A stretch of DNA of 64,000 bases from the human T2T-CHM13v2.0 reference genome, Homo sapiens, in NCBI RefSeq assembly GCF_009914755.1, contig NC_060940.1, one strand, 5' to 3'. The notes beneath the pieces are model-generated. The model did no database searches. It was not told the origin of the DNA and saw only the letters and a program-made list of their open reading frames with translations. Position numbers and translations under genes: made by a program. Shown here piece by piece: positions 16,679 to 29,318 of the stretch (within the stretch, counting starts at the first letter, position 1; each line of letters begins with the position of its first letter).

Positions 16679-17277
16679 TACATGGGTATTCTAACCCAGT
16701 CTAGTGATAGTCCAACCTCCTGTACTATGAGTAATTAGCAAAGAATTAACAGCAGAAGATCGCTCTCACCAAAGCCCATCCAGAAAGTGGCTCGTATTCA
16801 AGGTGCTAATTAGGGTGTTTTGTTGCCAGTAAAAACATGAGTCAGATTTCATGATTGATTCATGATGACTTTAAAATTAATGCTGCTGTTATCATACAAA
16901 GTAGTGGTAAGTGGAGGTAAGAGAATGTTTTTGCTTTGGGGTACTAAGTCATCGTTATAATAAACACACAGTAAACCCATTTATCTCAGGCTTAATGCTT
17001 TCTTGTTTCTTCTAAGCACTTCTTAGGTGCCTCTGGGCTTTTTAACATTCTTTGGCAGTTGTAATTTATTAATTGATTTTTAAATTTGGCCGGTGAAAAT
17101 GAACTTTAGGTAGGGGTTTGAGGAAAATGAAAAGGCCTATTTGTTTTTCAGTGGCTGGTTCTTCGTGTTCAGCATTAAGGATTGGTAGAAATCAGGCAAC
17201 CTCTATGTAACCTCAGCCATCTTGGATTCCCAGCTTACTCACATCATAGATGGAGAGTCAGTTGTTTAGAAAAAAAC

Positions 17278-17619
17278 TTTCTTTTTTTTTTCTTTCCTTT
17301 TTCTTTTCTTTTCTTTCTTTCTTTCTTTTTTTTTTTTAGGGAGGGTCTGGCTGTATTGCCCAGGCCGGAGTACAGTGGCACGATCTTGGCTTACTATAGC
17401 CTTGACCTCTCTGGCTCAAGTGATCCTCCCACCTCAGCCTCCTGAGTCACTGGGACTACAGGTGCACACTACCATGCCCAGCTAAGTTTGTTCATTTTTT
17501 GTAGATACAGGGTCTGACTGTATTGCCCAGGCTGGTCTTGAACTCCTGGCCTCAAAGGATCGTCCCACCTCAGCCTCCCAAAATGCCGAGATTATGGGTA
17601 TGAGCTACTGTACCCGACC
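17278..17619 (-). mobile_element. Alu (AluJ)
   Basis: GGCTCAAGTGATCCTCCCACC, TTGCCCAGGCTGGTCTTGAACTCCTGGCCTCAA. Confidence 0.93.
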
Positions 17620-17827
17620 AAGAACTTTTTATTATATAGATTTTAATTAAAAACAGTCCTGTTGAGTGGCCTCTTTATCAAATGCATTCTCACATAACCT
17701 CATAGAAGTGAGCCCTCTTACTGAATTATGTGGCTGGGGTTCTTGGGTATGTTTTGTTCTATTTTCTGGTTGGTGGTTTTCTTTCTGTCGGGTCCCGTGG
17801 GCTCTTTTTGGACCTCTTCTCAGAATG

Positions 17828-18131
<304 letters not shown>

Positions 18132-18307
18132 CTCAGAGTGTTTTAAAATGCATACTATTAAATACCTAGGATTATAAAGGGAGCCAGCTATACTTACATA
18201 TAGTTCTCTCTGTGACCCTGTAGAATGCACTGAAGCAAAAATAACAGGTAATGCTAATCATAAAGTTTTACAAATCTCCTGAAGAGTCTTGTTGGTTTCT
18301 GTGTTGA

Positions 18308-19112
18308 TGAAGCAGGAAATTTCCCTGACCCCTTTGCAGGCAGGAAGTGGAGTGCGGATGCTGGAACTAGCTGGCTGCTTTGGTGCCAGTAGAGGTGAAC
18401 TGCACTCACTTGAACCCCCTGCACTCCACCCCTTCTGGGAGGAAGCATGCAGGTGAGCAGGTGCAGGAGCCAGGGTAAATGCTTTTGGGCACTGGCAGGA
18501 ATGAACTCTGTACTGGCCCTGGGATAGCATCTGGCAGGGGATGCCCGTGACCCCTGAAACCCTAAAAGGAGTGTTACAGTCAGTGCTCTTTTAGTTTTGC
18601 CATCCACGGACGGCTTAAGTGTTAACAGTTGAGTGGAGGGTCAGCGTGACAGCCTTTTGCACCCACATCTGGGTTCTTGTCCAGTGTCCAGGAGGAATGA
18701 GGTCTCATGAGCAAATTTTAAGGATGGCAAATGTGGGGGATTTTATTGCTGATGAAAGTGGCTTTCACTGGGAAGATAAGCTAAAAAGAAGACAAAGCAG
18801 GAAGGTAATTTTCCCCTGGAGCTATGCCATCAAGCTGTTCTTCTGAAGTCCAGCCGCTTCTCTCCAACTGTGGTCTCTAATTTCCAGCTGCTTCTCCTCT
18901 TTTCTTCAGTGTGCCAGCGGAGCCTGGGGTTTTTATGGGTACAGGATTGGGGGCAGGCCGGGCCATGGGTGGTTGTGGAAAAGGCAATATTTGAGTGGAA
19001 AAACAGGGATATATGTTCTCACTTTGGGCCACAGTTCCAGGCTTGAGGATGGGGCCCTCACCACGGACCTGCCCTCTTCTGCCCAGAATTTCCCTGCCTC
19101 CTGTCCCTATCA
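18308..19112 (-). mobile_element. ERV1 solo LTR (MER52/LTR27/LTR28 group)
   Basis: Minus strand begins TGATAGGGACAGGAGGCAGGGAAATTCTGGGCAGAAGAGGGC; TG...CA termini; exact 4-bp TSD TTGA (18304-18307 and 19113-19116). Confidence 0.88.
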
Positions 19113-19189
19113 TTGATACCTGCAATTCTTTGTACATATGAAATTTAATATGGTGAGATTGGCATCTAGCTGCTGCTAGAGATAGTGCT

Positions 19190-19400
19190 CATAATAATTT
19201 TTAACATTGATTGAGTATGGATAATAATCCAGGAGCTGTGCTAAACGTTTTACAACACATTATCTCACTTAATTTCACAACTCCATAAAGTAGTTTTCAC
19301 TTAGTTGAGGGATGAAAAAAGTTAGGCTCTGAGAATTGATATTACTCTGCAAATATGGAATTGGAATTTCAAAGCAATCTATGGTCTTTATCACTTCTCC
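19190..19400 (-). mobile_element. MIR
   Basis: CATTGATTGAG..CTGTGCTAAACGTTTTACA..ATTATCTCACTTAAT..AGGCTCTGAGA. Confidence 0.65.
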
Positions 19401-19925
19401 ATTAACTGTCCTTGTTTTATTAATGCTGATTACTTTTTGATTTGGTTTGGTTCTTTGGAGTTGTTTGCATTTCGTGAGTCTTGGCATCTTTTTGGTAGAG
19501 AACCTTGCTAGGTTCTCACAATGTAGAAATTAAGCAGAAAACAGAGGTCTCAATTTGCCTTTTCAGCGTGAATGCAGACTCTTACATTCAGTGCTGGGAG
19601 TCTTTCTTGAGGGACAGTGAGAGCGAGGAAGGGTTTCCATTCTCCGAGATGGATGGTTGCATTAGTATTTATTTCCTTTTTGTTTTTCCTTAGGATGAGA
19701 AAGAAGGCAGTGGAGCCCTTTTCCTTAGGTTAGAATGGTTCTGTTGGTTGAATTGTGCACCCTGTTTGGTTGAAACAATTGGACAGTAAGGATGTGACTA
19801 TTATTGTTGCTCTCTAATACTTTATTATGTCATACCAAAAATTATCTTTTGTATTTTGCTACCAGTTCTTTTAGTTTCTCTTACATGTATGAAGTTGGAT
19901 AGTTAGAATGAGATGAAAATAAATG

Positions 19926-20251
19926 GGCTGGGCGTGGTGGCTCATGACTGTAATCCCAGCACTTTGGGAGGCTGAGGCAGGTGAATCACTTGAGGTCAGG
20001 AGTTCGAGACTAGCCTGGCCAACATGGTGAAACCCTGTCTCTACTAAAAATACAAAAATTTTTTTGTATTTTGGGATTCGGTTTAGGTGATGTGTGTCTG
20101 TAATCCCAGCTACTTGGGAGACTGAGACAGGAGAATCACTTGAACTCCAGAGGCAGAGGTTGTAGTGAGCCAAACTTGCACAACTGAACTCCAGCCTGGG
20201 CGACAGAGGAAGACTCTGTCTCAAAATAAACAAACAAATAAATAAATAAAA
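19926..20251 (+). mobile_element. Alu (AluS) with rearranged linker
   Basis: Dimer; linker followed by its own inverted copy (see findings). Confidence 0.95.
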
Positions 20252-20842
20252 ATTGTTTAAACCTGCCAACTACAATAACTTTTTCAGTCTCTTTCTCCCT
20301 TTCCCACCTTCCCAAAAGGGTGGGAAATTTTTAAAGTAAAGTAATAAACAAATAAGTTTTGGGTTGGGCGGGAGATTAGTTAGAGACAGGATCTGTAGGT
20401 CAGAAGTGGTATTTGGGGGAGTAGGGAGTTTTTTTTTTTTTTCTTTTTCCCTTATGCATTTGGGAGTGGAAGAGCTGTCAGATTCTGAATTTAGTTAGAT
20501 TTATAATGCTAGAGACATTCAGCAGTCTGCCTTTCCCTTTCTGTTATAAAATCATGTTTTTATTGAATTACATTTTAATATTGGTATCACTTTAAAATGA
20601 AAATGAGTACTTGCAAAATGTATTTTTGAAGGAGTTGGGTGGTGGTGGGGGGATGCCATTTTGGCAACAGATGACTTCGGTTCAAGTCCTCTCTCTGTCT
20701 CTTACTTGCTTTGTGGCTTTAGACCAGCCACCCACTCAGAGCCTTGAAATCCTCATCTTTGAAATGACCATAGTAAGTTCCTGCCTAGGCTCTCCCCTGA
20801 AGCTGAAATGCATGAACATGCTTTGTAATTTTTTTTAAGGAT

Positions 20843-21622
20843 TGATACTAGCTAGGGTGTTGATAAGAAACAGCAGGCATAGTTACTGGGTGATTGAGAA
20901 GAGTTTAACAAAAGACTATATTAGTCTGTTTTCATGCTACTGATAAAGGCATACCCAATACTAGGTCATTTACAAAAGAAAAAGGTTTATTGGACTTACA
21001 GTTCCTTGTGGCTGGGGAGGCGACACAGTGATGGCAGAAGGTGAAAGGCACATCTCACATGGCAGCAGGCAAGAAAGAACTTGTGTAGGGAAACTCTCCC
21101 TTATGATACCGTCAGATTCCTTGAGACTTATTTGCTATTGTGAGAACACCTTGGGAAAGACCTGCCTCCATGATTCAATTACCTCCCACCTGGTCCCTCC
21201 TGCAACATGTGGGAATTCAAGAAGAGATTTGGGTGGGTACACAGCCAAACCATATCAAAAACCATTTACAAAACTCTAAGCAGCCTTAAAGGAAACCACC
21301 AAGGGACCAAGGCCTGATGAAGCAAGAGTAGGAGGGAACAGATGCTTGGATAGGGCAGGTGAGTCACAGGCTGATGGGAGCTGCCACCGTCAGTAGAGGT
21401 CCTGATGACCTGGGAGGGTGGGAGCCAGACAGATGGGAGTATCCTAGCCTCAGTTCCTTTCCATCCTCAGAACTCCTCCCAGTGCCTCTCAATGGCTAAA
21501 CCAACCAAAGGTTGGAGCTCAAGGAAGCTCCTGAGGCTATCTTTACAGGTCAGCCAGTTGGAAACAGAGTTGACGGAGAGGGGACAGGAGGTGACTAGAT
21601 TTGGAAGGAAAATTAGAAAACT
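20843..21622. mobile_element. Old LTR (probably ERVL-class) interrupted by THE1
   Basis: GAAGAGTTTAACAAAAGAC|THE1|CATTTACAAA..TTAAAGGAAACCACCAAGGGA reads as one motif across the insertion; family uncertain. Confidence 0.45.
20917..21257 (-). mobile_element. THE1 solo LTR (MaLR)
   Basis: TATTAGTCTGTTTTCATGCT..GGTTTATTGGACTTACAGTTCC..CAGCCAAACCATATCA; 5-bp TSD AAGAC/AAAAC. Confidence 0.93.
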
Positions 21623-21625
21623 TTT

Positions 21626-21665
21626 GGCCGGGCATGGTGGCTCATGCCTGTAATCCCAGCACTTT
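21626..21665 (+). mobile_element. Alu 5' stub (40 bp)
   Basis: GGCCGGGCATGGTGGCTCATGCCTGTAATCCCAGCACTTT followed by an abrupt end. Confidence 0.85.
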
Positions 21666-21685
21666 CGGGTCAGTTGAGTCTAACA

Positions 21686-21900
21686 TAGGGGTGTCCAAAC
21701 TTTTGGCTTCCCTGGGCCACATTGGAAGAAAAAGAATTGTCTTTGGCTGCACATAATATACAATTGTTGATGAGCTAAAAAAAAAAAAATCCCCAAAAAA
21801 TCTCATAATGTTTTAAGAAAGTTTATGAATTTGTGTTGGGCCAGATTCAAAGTTGTCCTGGGCCGCATGTGGCCCACCAGCCATGGTTTGGACAAGCTTA
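21686..21900 (+). mobile_element. MER30 (hAT-Charlie)
   Basis: AGGGGTGTCCAA.CTTTTGGCTTCCCTGGGCCACATTGGAAGAA...TTGGACAAGCTT; flanks GTCTAACA/GTCTACAG. Confidence 0.92.
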
Positions 21901-22094
21901 GTCTACAGGTTCTTCAAGAGGGGCTTGAGCATTTGAAAGACTTCTAGTGGGAGAGATCACAAGGTACAAGTAGAAAATCCTGGGCTGGCCTGAGAGGCAG
22001 ACCTGTGATTATTTTGCTCTTTGAAAGTTGTCCTTCTGCACCCATTTTCCCCAGACCTAACCTCGATTTGTGCTCCAGGTCTGAGCAGAAATGT

Positions 22095-22385
22095 TATTCC
22101 CTCCAGAAAGCCTTCCCTGGATGTTGAGGGATGAAGTTGTAGCCCCCTCCCGAATGCGTCCTCAGAACTCGCTGGTTCTCGTCCTCGCCCTCAGCATACT
22201 TGCTCATTGTTTGTTTCCATCTCTATCATCTCTGTGAGCCCTTTGAGGATGGATGTGTGTCCATCTTGTTAACAGTTGGCTCCCCAGTAACCAGTACAGT
22301 GCCAGATACAGAGTAGTAACCCTACATTCTAGCGTAGGCAAATATTCTAGTATTTGCCAAAACTAGAGGATGAATGAGTGATGGG
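22095..22385 (+). mobile_element. L2 3' end
   Basis: CCAGAAAGCCTTCCCTG..TGTGAGCCCTTTGAGG..CAGTACAGTGCC..GATGAATGAGTGA. Confidence 0.7.
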
Positions 22386-23064
22386 TAAGAGAGTTCTCAG
22401 AAAAATGGATATAAACAATATTGTAAATCATATTTGGAAAATAAATACTAGAATCATTGAATCCCTGAGTTATAGAAAAATTTATTAATAGCGCTATCTG
22501 GCTACTTTTTAAAGTGTGGACATCCTCGATGTATTAGCTATGCATCTGTGGATAGGAGGCTTACCCACTCTGAGTCTTGTCAAATACCAAACACAGGAAA
22601 ACAATATCTTCCTGAGAATGTTGTGAAGAATATATCATCCAGTCAGAGTGAATCAGCTTGCCCAGTGCTTGGCATATAGCTGCTCAAGAAATATTAGGCA
22701 TTCTTTGTTATTATAAATCCCCTTTGTATTTTAAAACCCTCATGTATCACTGAAACAACCAACTGAAAACCATTGAGAGGCTCATGGTGAAAGAAGACAG
22801 ACAGTGTAATTTCCCTGGAAACTCAATTTTGATTCAGACGTCCACAGCATCTCATTTCTGCCTTTAAAAAATTTCAAGAGTGACATTTTGGCATGACTGG
22901 ACTCACAGGTGGAGAAGGTATGACAAACATTCTGGAAATCTTGGAAGGTGAAATATAGGGAAGATGGCCCCTATGGAGGTTCATTGTCCCCCACCTTATT
23001 CTAAATAATGACTTTCTTAAAACTACATGTTTTGGGGGAATGTCCTGCAATATTGCTTTACATC

Positions 23065-23375
<311 letters not shown>

Positions 23376-25265
23376 TATTGCTTTATATTTTAAGACTATA
23401 CACTGATATCCCCGAGCCCCCAAGTTCCTGTCCGCTGGTAGAATTCACAAAGCTGGTTTTATGTCTCCTTCTCTTCCTCTTCCAGTGTTGTCTTTTCCCT
23501 GCATTGAGATAGCATTGCATGGAGATCCTTGTACTCCTCGAACAGAGGCTGCAGATGGACACAGGATCTGCTCAGGGAGATAAGATCACCTGCTAATTCT
23601 GCTTTCTCCATCAGAGTCTGAATGATCAGTGATGGGGACCAGAGCTAGGTTAGGTCTCTGGAAACGCCCTCTGTCTGAGTCCGGGAGATGGATGATATGG
23701 GTAATGACTTGCTGCTTTATCTTCTCTCCATCTCCTTACAGCAGCTCCAACTACTGACTTTTATTGTGTGGCAGCTAATTGTAGGATTCTATTTCTGTAA
23801 AGAGAAGGCAAGAGAGGAATGCAGTGTCCACCATCCCTGCAGCCCTTTGGCGCCTTCCCCCTCCCATTACCTTGAAGTAGAGGGAAAGGGGACGACAGAA
23901 GAACCCTTAGAAGTAAGACTTTTTCTGTCTCTGATGCCACGGACCTTTGAAATATTTTTTTGAAAAGAAGGCCTCCCTTGGCTGATACCTTCTGACTGTT
24001 AGTGAATAAAGGAAGTTTAAACAATCTCTTCCCTGTAATCATTAATCTCGTCTTCTTTGTTACAATGTATGTTGTGGTCTTTGTTACAATGTATGTTCAC
24101 GAATTCCTAGAACACTGTTCCCGTTGGCCATGGGATCAGGGGAAGAGAGAAGGAAGAGAGAACCAGACACAAGTTGGAGGGAATCCATCTCCAGTGCTGC
24201 TCAGAGGTATGACCTAGAGCAAGGGGTTTAGGCTTTCTTGGACTCATTTTCCTCGGTGGTGAAGTGGGGATAATTTATTGACAGTGGACCGTGAGGTTCT
24301 GCGCACAAAATTCGTTGCATAGCACCTGATACACACAAAGCTTTCAGGCAAGGTTAGTTTCGGGTATTTCCAGCCTTAGTCTTGGCTGTGGGAGCCATAA
24401 TGGAGTTGTTCAGAAGTTTACAGCTAGTGTTTATAAATTGCTTGCCATGGGGCCTTGTATACAGTAAGCATTCATTAAGTGTTCCCTCCTATTATATCCT
24501 TAGGTTTAAGATACAGGCACCACAACATAAACCACCCCCAGAGTACACATGCATGGGTGTAATTTGGTGCCATTCTCCTCCCTTTTGCCCCCACCAAAAT
24601 GAAGTTTTTAGTGTAAATGTCATGTAGATTTTAACCAAAGGTTGATTGGAGGGTCTGAGTTTCTCAGCTAAATGAAGGCATGAGGACTGTATCCCTCCTG
24701 AAGGGTGTGATCAGTTCCATGAGAAAGAAGCTGCGAGCTGTGGGGCATCCAAGATAATGTAATCTGCCCCGGGGTCCTGTGAGGGACTGGCCGACAAGGC
24801 AGGCTGAATGCAGCCTTGCCCACTGAGCTGGGTTCTCTCTGCTTTAGGTCCTCTCTGGAGGTGAAGAGGGAAGTCCGCTGATTGTTTTTCTCTTGGTGCA
24901 ACTTCGCACCACCCTTACATATCCCAGTGTATATGGTAGCCAAGGACAGTACTGTTTGAGCCTCCCCCATTAAGTGTCAACATTGAATCAATGCAATCCC
25001 ATGCAAAGAAAGCTGAGCATGGGATTGTGCCGGTTTAGCCAGCTAAAGTGTGGTCTCTGATGCTGATCATGACTATGAAAAGGGAAAATGGAGGAGAATG
25101 ATGACGAAGGAGGAGGAGGAGGAAAAGGTGACTTGCCTCTAGCTGATGTGGATTATTTCTCTTTTTTAATTTCCATGTCTGTGTAGCTTCATCATAGATC
25201 TCAGCTTAAGGACAATGAAAGTCGTTTATTGAGTACTTAGTATGTGCTGGTTGCAGAGCCAAGTC

Positions 25266-25578
25266 TTTTTTTTTTTTTTTTTTCCTCCTTTTTTGAGAGA
25301 GAGAGTCTCACTCTGTCACCCAGACTGGATTGCAGTGGCACAATCTCAACTGACTGCAACGTGCACCTCTCAGGTTCAAGCAATTATCAGGCCTCAACGT
25401 CCTGAGAAGCTGGGACTACAGGCATGTACCACCACACTCAGCTAATATTTGTATTTTTAGTAGAGGCGGGGTTTTGCCATGTTGTCCAGGCTGGTCTTGA
25501 ACACCTGACCTCAGGTGATCTGCCTGCCTCAGCCTCCCAAAGTGCTGGGATTACAGGGGTGACCCACCACACCCAGCC
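25266..25578 (-). mobile_element. Alu (AluS/J) inserted in a MIR
   Basis: Antisense dimer; TSD AGAG(C/T)CAAGT; MIR-like flanks at about 25220-25800. Confidence 0.93.
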
Positions 25579-28344
25579 AGAGTCAAGTATTTCAAGTATT
25601 AGAGTTGTCTGCCTGCCTCCCTGTCTCCCTGCCTTCCTTCCATCTGTTTGTTATCTGACTTAATCTTTGAAATAACCCAATGATACATGATATGCATTTT
25701 CTAGGTAGATAGATGAAGGGTTAGGAAGATGTAACTTGTCCTAAATCACGTGTCTTCTAAGCGGTGGAACTGATTTTCTCACTGACTATAGATGTTGAGC
25801 CCATTAATGTGATACCTACTGCCTTTTAATTTTAAAAGTTCTCATTGTTTTATCGTTTTCATCATTATCATATGATTTACCTCTTCTCTTGTGTCTTATA
25901 ATCCGATTGGTCATGCTGACATACTAAACCATATTGTTTGCCACTGGGAACCAATTCATCTGTGAAAAGTCATACAGATAGGCTCGAAGAAAGAGCTTGG
26001 TTGTGATGTTGTTGTTGTGACAACTGTCTCGGGGGCTGGAGTTAGAGCCAGGGTCCCAGCTGCCACAGTTCATGTAGGGGTAGACCAGTGCTTCCTTTTG
26101 GGTGATGAGGAAGCTGGATTTGGCAGCTGGTTTTGTCTGGATTTGAAAGGGAGGTAATCAGGGGTGTGCTGGGAGGGCCAGAACGATCCACCCACGTGTT
26201 GGTGCCACCCGGCAATGGAAAAGCCTCTGGCCTCGGCCTTCTCCGGAAGGTTGTCCGCGGTGCCAGTGAGAGCTGCTTTTCACCTTACAGCAGCCCCGGC
26301 CTATCTCTCAGGAGGCCTGCTGATAATCAGTAAATGAAATTCACCTTTCCCCGATTCTTGAAAACGGAAAAGATGAGGGTTGAATTATAGGGCAAATCAT
26401 GAACACTGTCTTTTTTCCAGCATGGTATTTTGAGCGGCACAGAAGGGGGTAATTATTTTATTTGGAAGAACAAATTTAAGTTTGGCAGTTACCTGAAAGA
26501 AAATTTAGTGATTGCCAGTCCATTCTCTAGCCTTCTGAAGAAGATAGATTGTAATCTTTAATTAAGCTATCACTCACACCAAAAAAAAAAAAAAAAAAAA
26601 AAAAAAAGCGGGGCAAGGGGTTGGAGAATGTTCATATCACATTATTTTGGATGTCTGGGGTTGCACCTGGAAGCTCAGATAGCAATATCTAGGCACGGCT
26701 GCCAGCGCTCTATACATTGACGTTTGTTTAATATTTTAATTTCCCCATGAGTCTTAAACCTCTGCGTGGTGTGCAAGTTGAGGCCTGGTGTATGCACTTC
26801 GGCCACGGGCTTTCCCATTGTAATGAAGATGGAATGACTCCATGGATGACCTTTCCGTGCCTTTGTCTGTAGCCTGCCCTCCTCTTTAACTGAACACCTT
26901 CCAGACGAGCATGCTCTGAACTCCTGAACTGGTCATTCTGTTCTCTGAGAGAATTGCTCAAGCTGCAGTTTATCATTATATGCCTCCAAAGACTTTGTGT
27001 TTCCTATGTTTGACATCGAGATAGAATTTTTCATAACCCTTTACTAGTAATAAATTTGATTGTTAAGGGACCGGGTTAATCTTATTTCTAATACCAGCAT
27101 CTGATTTTAAAACCCTGATTTAGGAGCATTTTCTTTCTGCTACCTTCCTAAAACGCATGGGTGGAAATGTATAAAATATGTCACCTGATATTGGAGGATT
27201 GTTTATTTCTGTTCATTTGGTCCTGAATAGTACCTATGAGATGCATTTGAAAACTTACCTTGTTTATATGTTTCTTCTGTTGCAATTTCTTCCATTACCT
27301 GGAATAGCTGCTTTGGACGGCAAACCAAGCAATGCCCTTTCACAGCTGTGGGATGAATGGGGAAAGAAGTCTTGGTAAGGAAGCAATTCAGAGAACATGG
27401 AAGCATCTCATGGCAGCAGTCACAATTTTGTGTTGCGTAATATTTCAGGAACTTGCAACCCTGATAACTTGTGCCTGCCTGTCTGTAGACCTTTAATGAT
27501 GTTTTATTGAATTTTGGTTTTCCACTAGACTTTGCAGTGCATGACACATAGTAATTGCTCAATAAATATGTGTTCAACTGAACTATGGTGGTTAGGTTAG
27601 TAATTAGATGCACAGACAAAATCACAGGAATCTGCGTGAGCCTTGTCCTACTGGTAAAGGAGTCTTGTGAGGATTAATTGAAATAACTCGCAAAAATATC
27701 CAGCTCTCTGTTTCCCTGCTAGGGGCTCTTGTCATAGGAGCCATTGTTGTAGCCTTAGAAAACATACGGCATTATTTTAGGGGGAGAGGTTAGAGTAGAA
27801 TTTTAAAGAGTGCATTTCTCTTCCAGTAAGCAATTCTGCATCGATAAAAAGTGGAGAAAGAATAAGTGAAAAAATATTTAGTTAATTCTTGTTGACAGAA
27901 GTAGGACTTCAGGTCCACATATATTTCATTGTAGAGTGCACACATGCATTTTTAAGAATTTCCCGATTCTCTTCCACGTGTGGACAGATTGGCACATATG
28001 TGTGTGTGCAAATTGTACTTGCAGTGGCTGCCTGGGAAATGAAATTTCTGCACCTTGCCAGAGCATGTTTTCCCTCTAAAGAGAGGCAGCTCATAATTAG
28101 TAATGCTAATGTCGGGGTGAGATGCAATAGATAATCTAACACCAGCAATGATGCCCAGAGCATTTATCTTTGATGCTGGGAATGCGTTCATTTTCTTTAT
28201 CTTGCCATTACTGTACCTCTATTGGGAAATTTACTCTCTCTTCAGAGATAGGATCAGATCCAGTACATATTCATAAAACCACACTTACATTTAAATACAG
28301 GCCTTTCCCATTTCACAGTGTTTCTAGCTCCCCTTTCCAATACA

Positions 28345-28391
<47 letters not shown>

Positions 28392-28409
28392 AACACACAC
28401 ACACACACA
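28345..28409. repeat. Compound (TC)n(AC)n microsatellite
   Basis: Seen directly. Confidence 0.97.
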
Positions 28410-29068
28410 GCCAAATCAGACACCAACATAAACTGTAGAGTTAACATTCTTTTTCCACCCTCACACTTTTTTTAGCTCCGATCTGTGTTCAATTTCTGCC
28501 TGAGAGAGTGATATATTCATATATTTAGGTATAGTTAGAAAAAGCAAAATGGTAACAATAGAATCTTGATGGGATTGATCTCCTGCAGCAAGGAGCAACA
28601 GAAAAAAAAAAAAATGGAATCAAGAACCCAGGTGCTTTTTATAGGTTAATTGTGCAGGGTTATCATGTATGTCTTTAAAATCACCATCTTGATTCTGAGC
28701 TTTGGTTCTACACATTAGAATTGTTGCCTGGGCCTGGATTTTTCCCCTTGCATGTTGCGTGTGGTAGTCCAGCACATTTGCTGATTGCAAATATACTTGT
28801 CTCTTCTCATGGGCATTACTAGTACTCAGGAAATCATTGATGTGGGGTAAAATGAGAAAAGGATTAGTTTTATTTTGGACAGATAAACAACATGTCATTT
28901 TACCAATTGCTCATTAATGCTGATATTTCCCGTGGGTCTCTGACTCTGAAATCTGCATGGAGTGGTTACACCCTGGGCTTGTTAGCTCCTACCTGAGCTC
29001 TGAGTTTCTGTGGATTTCTATAGGCTCCTGCAAATTTTATCTAGTGGATATTTTGTTAAAAAAAAAAA

Positions 29069-29318
29069 ATGGGGTCTCATTCTGTTGCCCCGGCTGCAGT
29101 GCAGTGACATGATCATAACTCATGGTGACCTCAAATTCACGAGCCCAAGCGATCTTCCCACCTCAGCCTGAGTAGATGGGACTACAGGCATGTGTCACCA
29201 TGCCAGGCTAATGTTTAAAAATTTTTCTTAGAGGTAGAGCCTCACTTTGCTGCCTAGGCTGATCTAGAACTCCTGGCTTCAAGTGATCCTCCTGCCTTGA
29301 GCTCCCGAAGCGCTGGGA
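29069..29318 (-). mobile_element. Alu (AluJ), diverged and 5'-truncated
   Basis: GGGTCTCATTCTGTTGCCC..GTGACATGATCATAACTCA..GTGATCCTCCTGCCTTG..GCTGGGA. Confidence 0.88.

Noticed and set aside
27203-27625. 140-aa minus-strand ORF
   Set aside because: Non-ATG start, begins in degenerate repeat-like sequence, no recognisable homology
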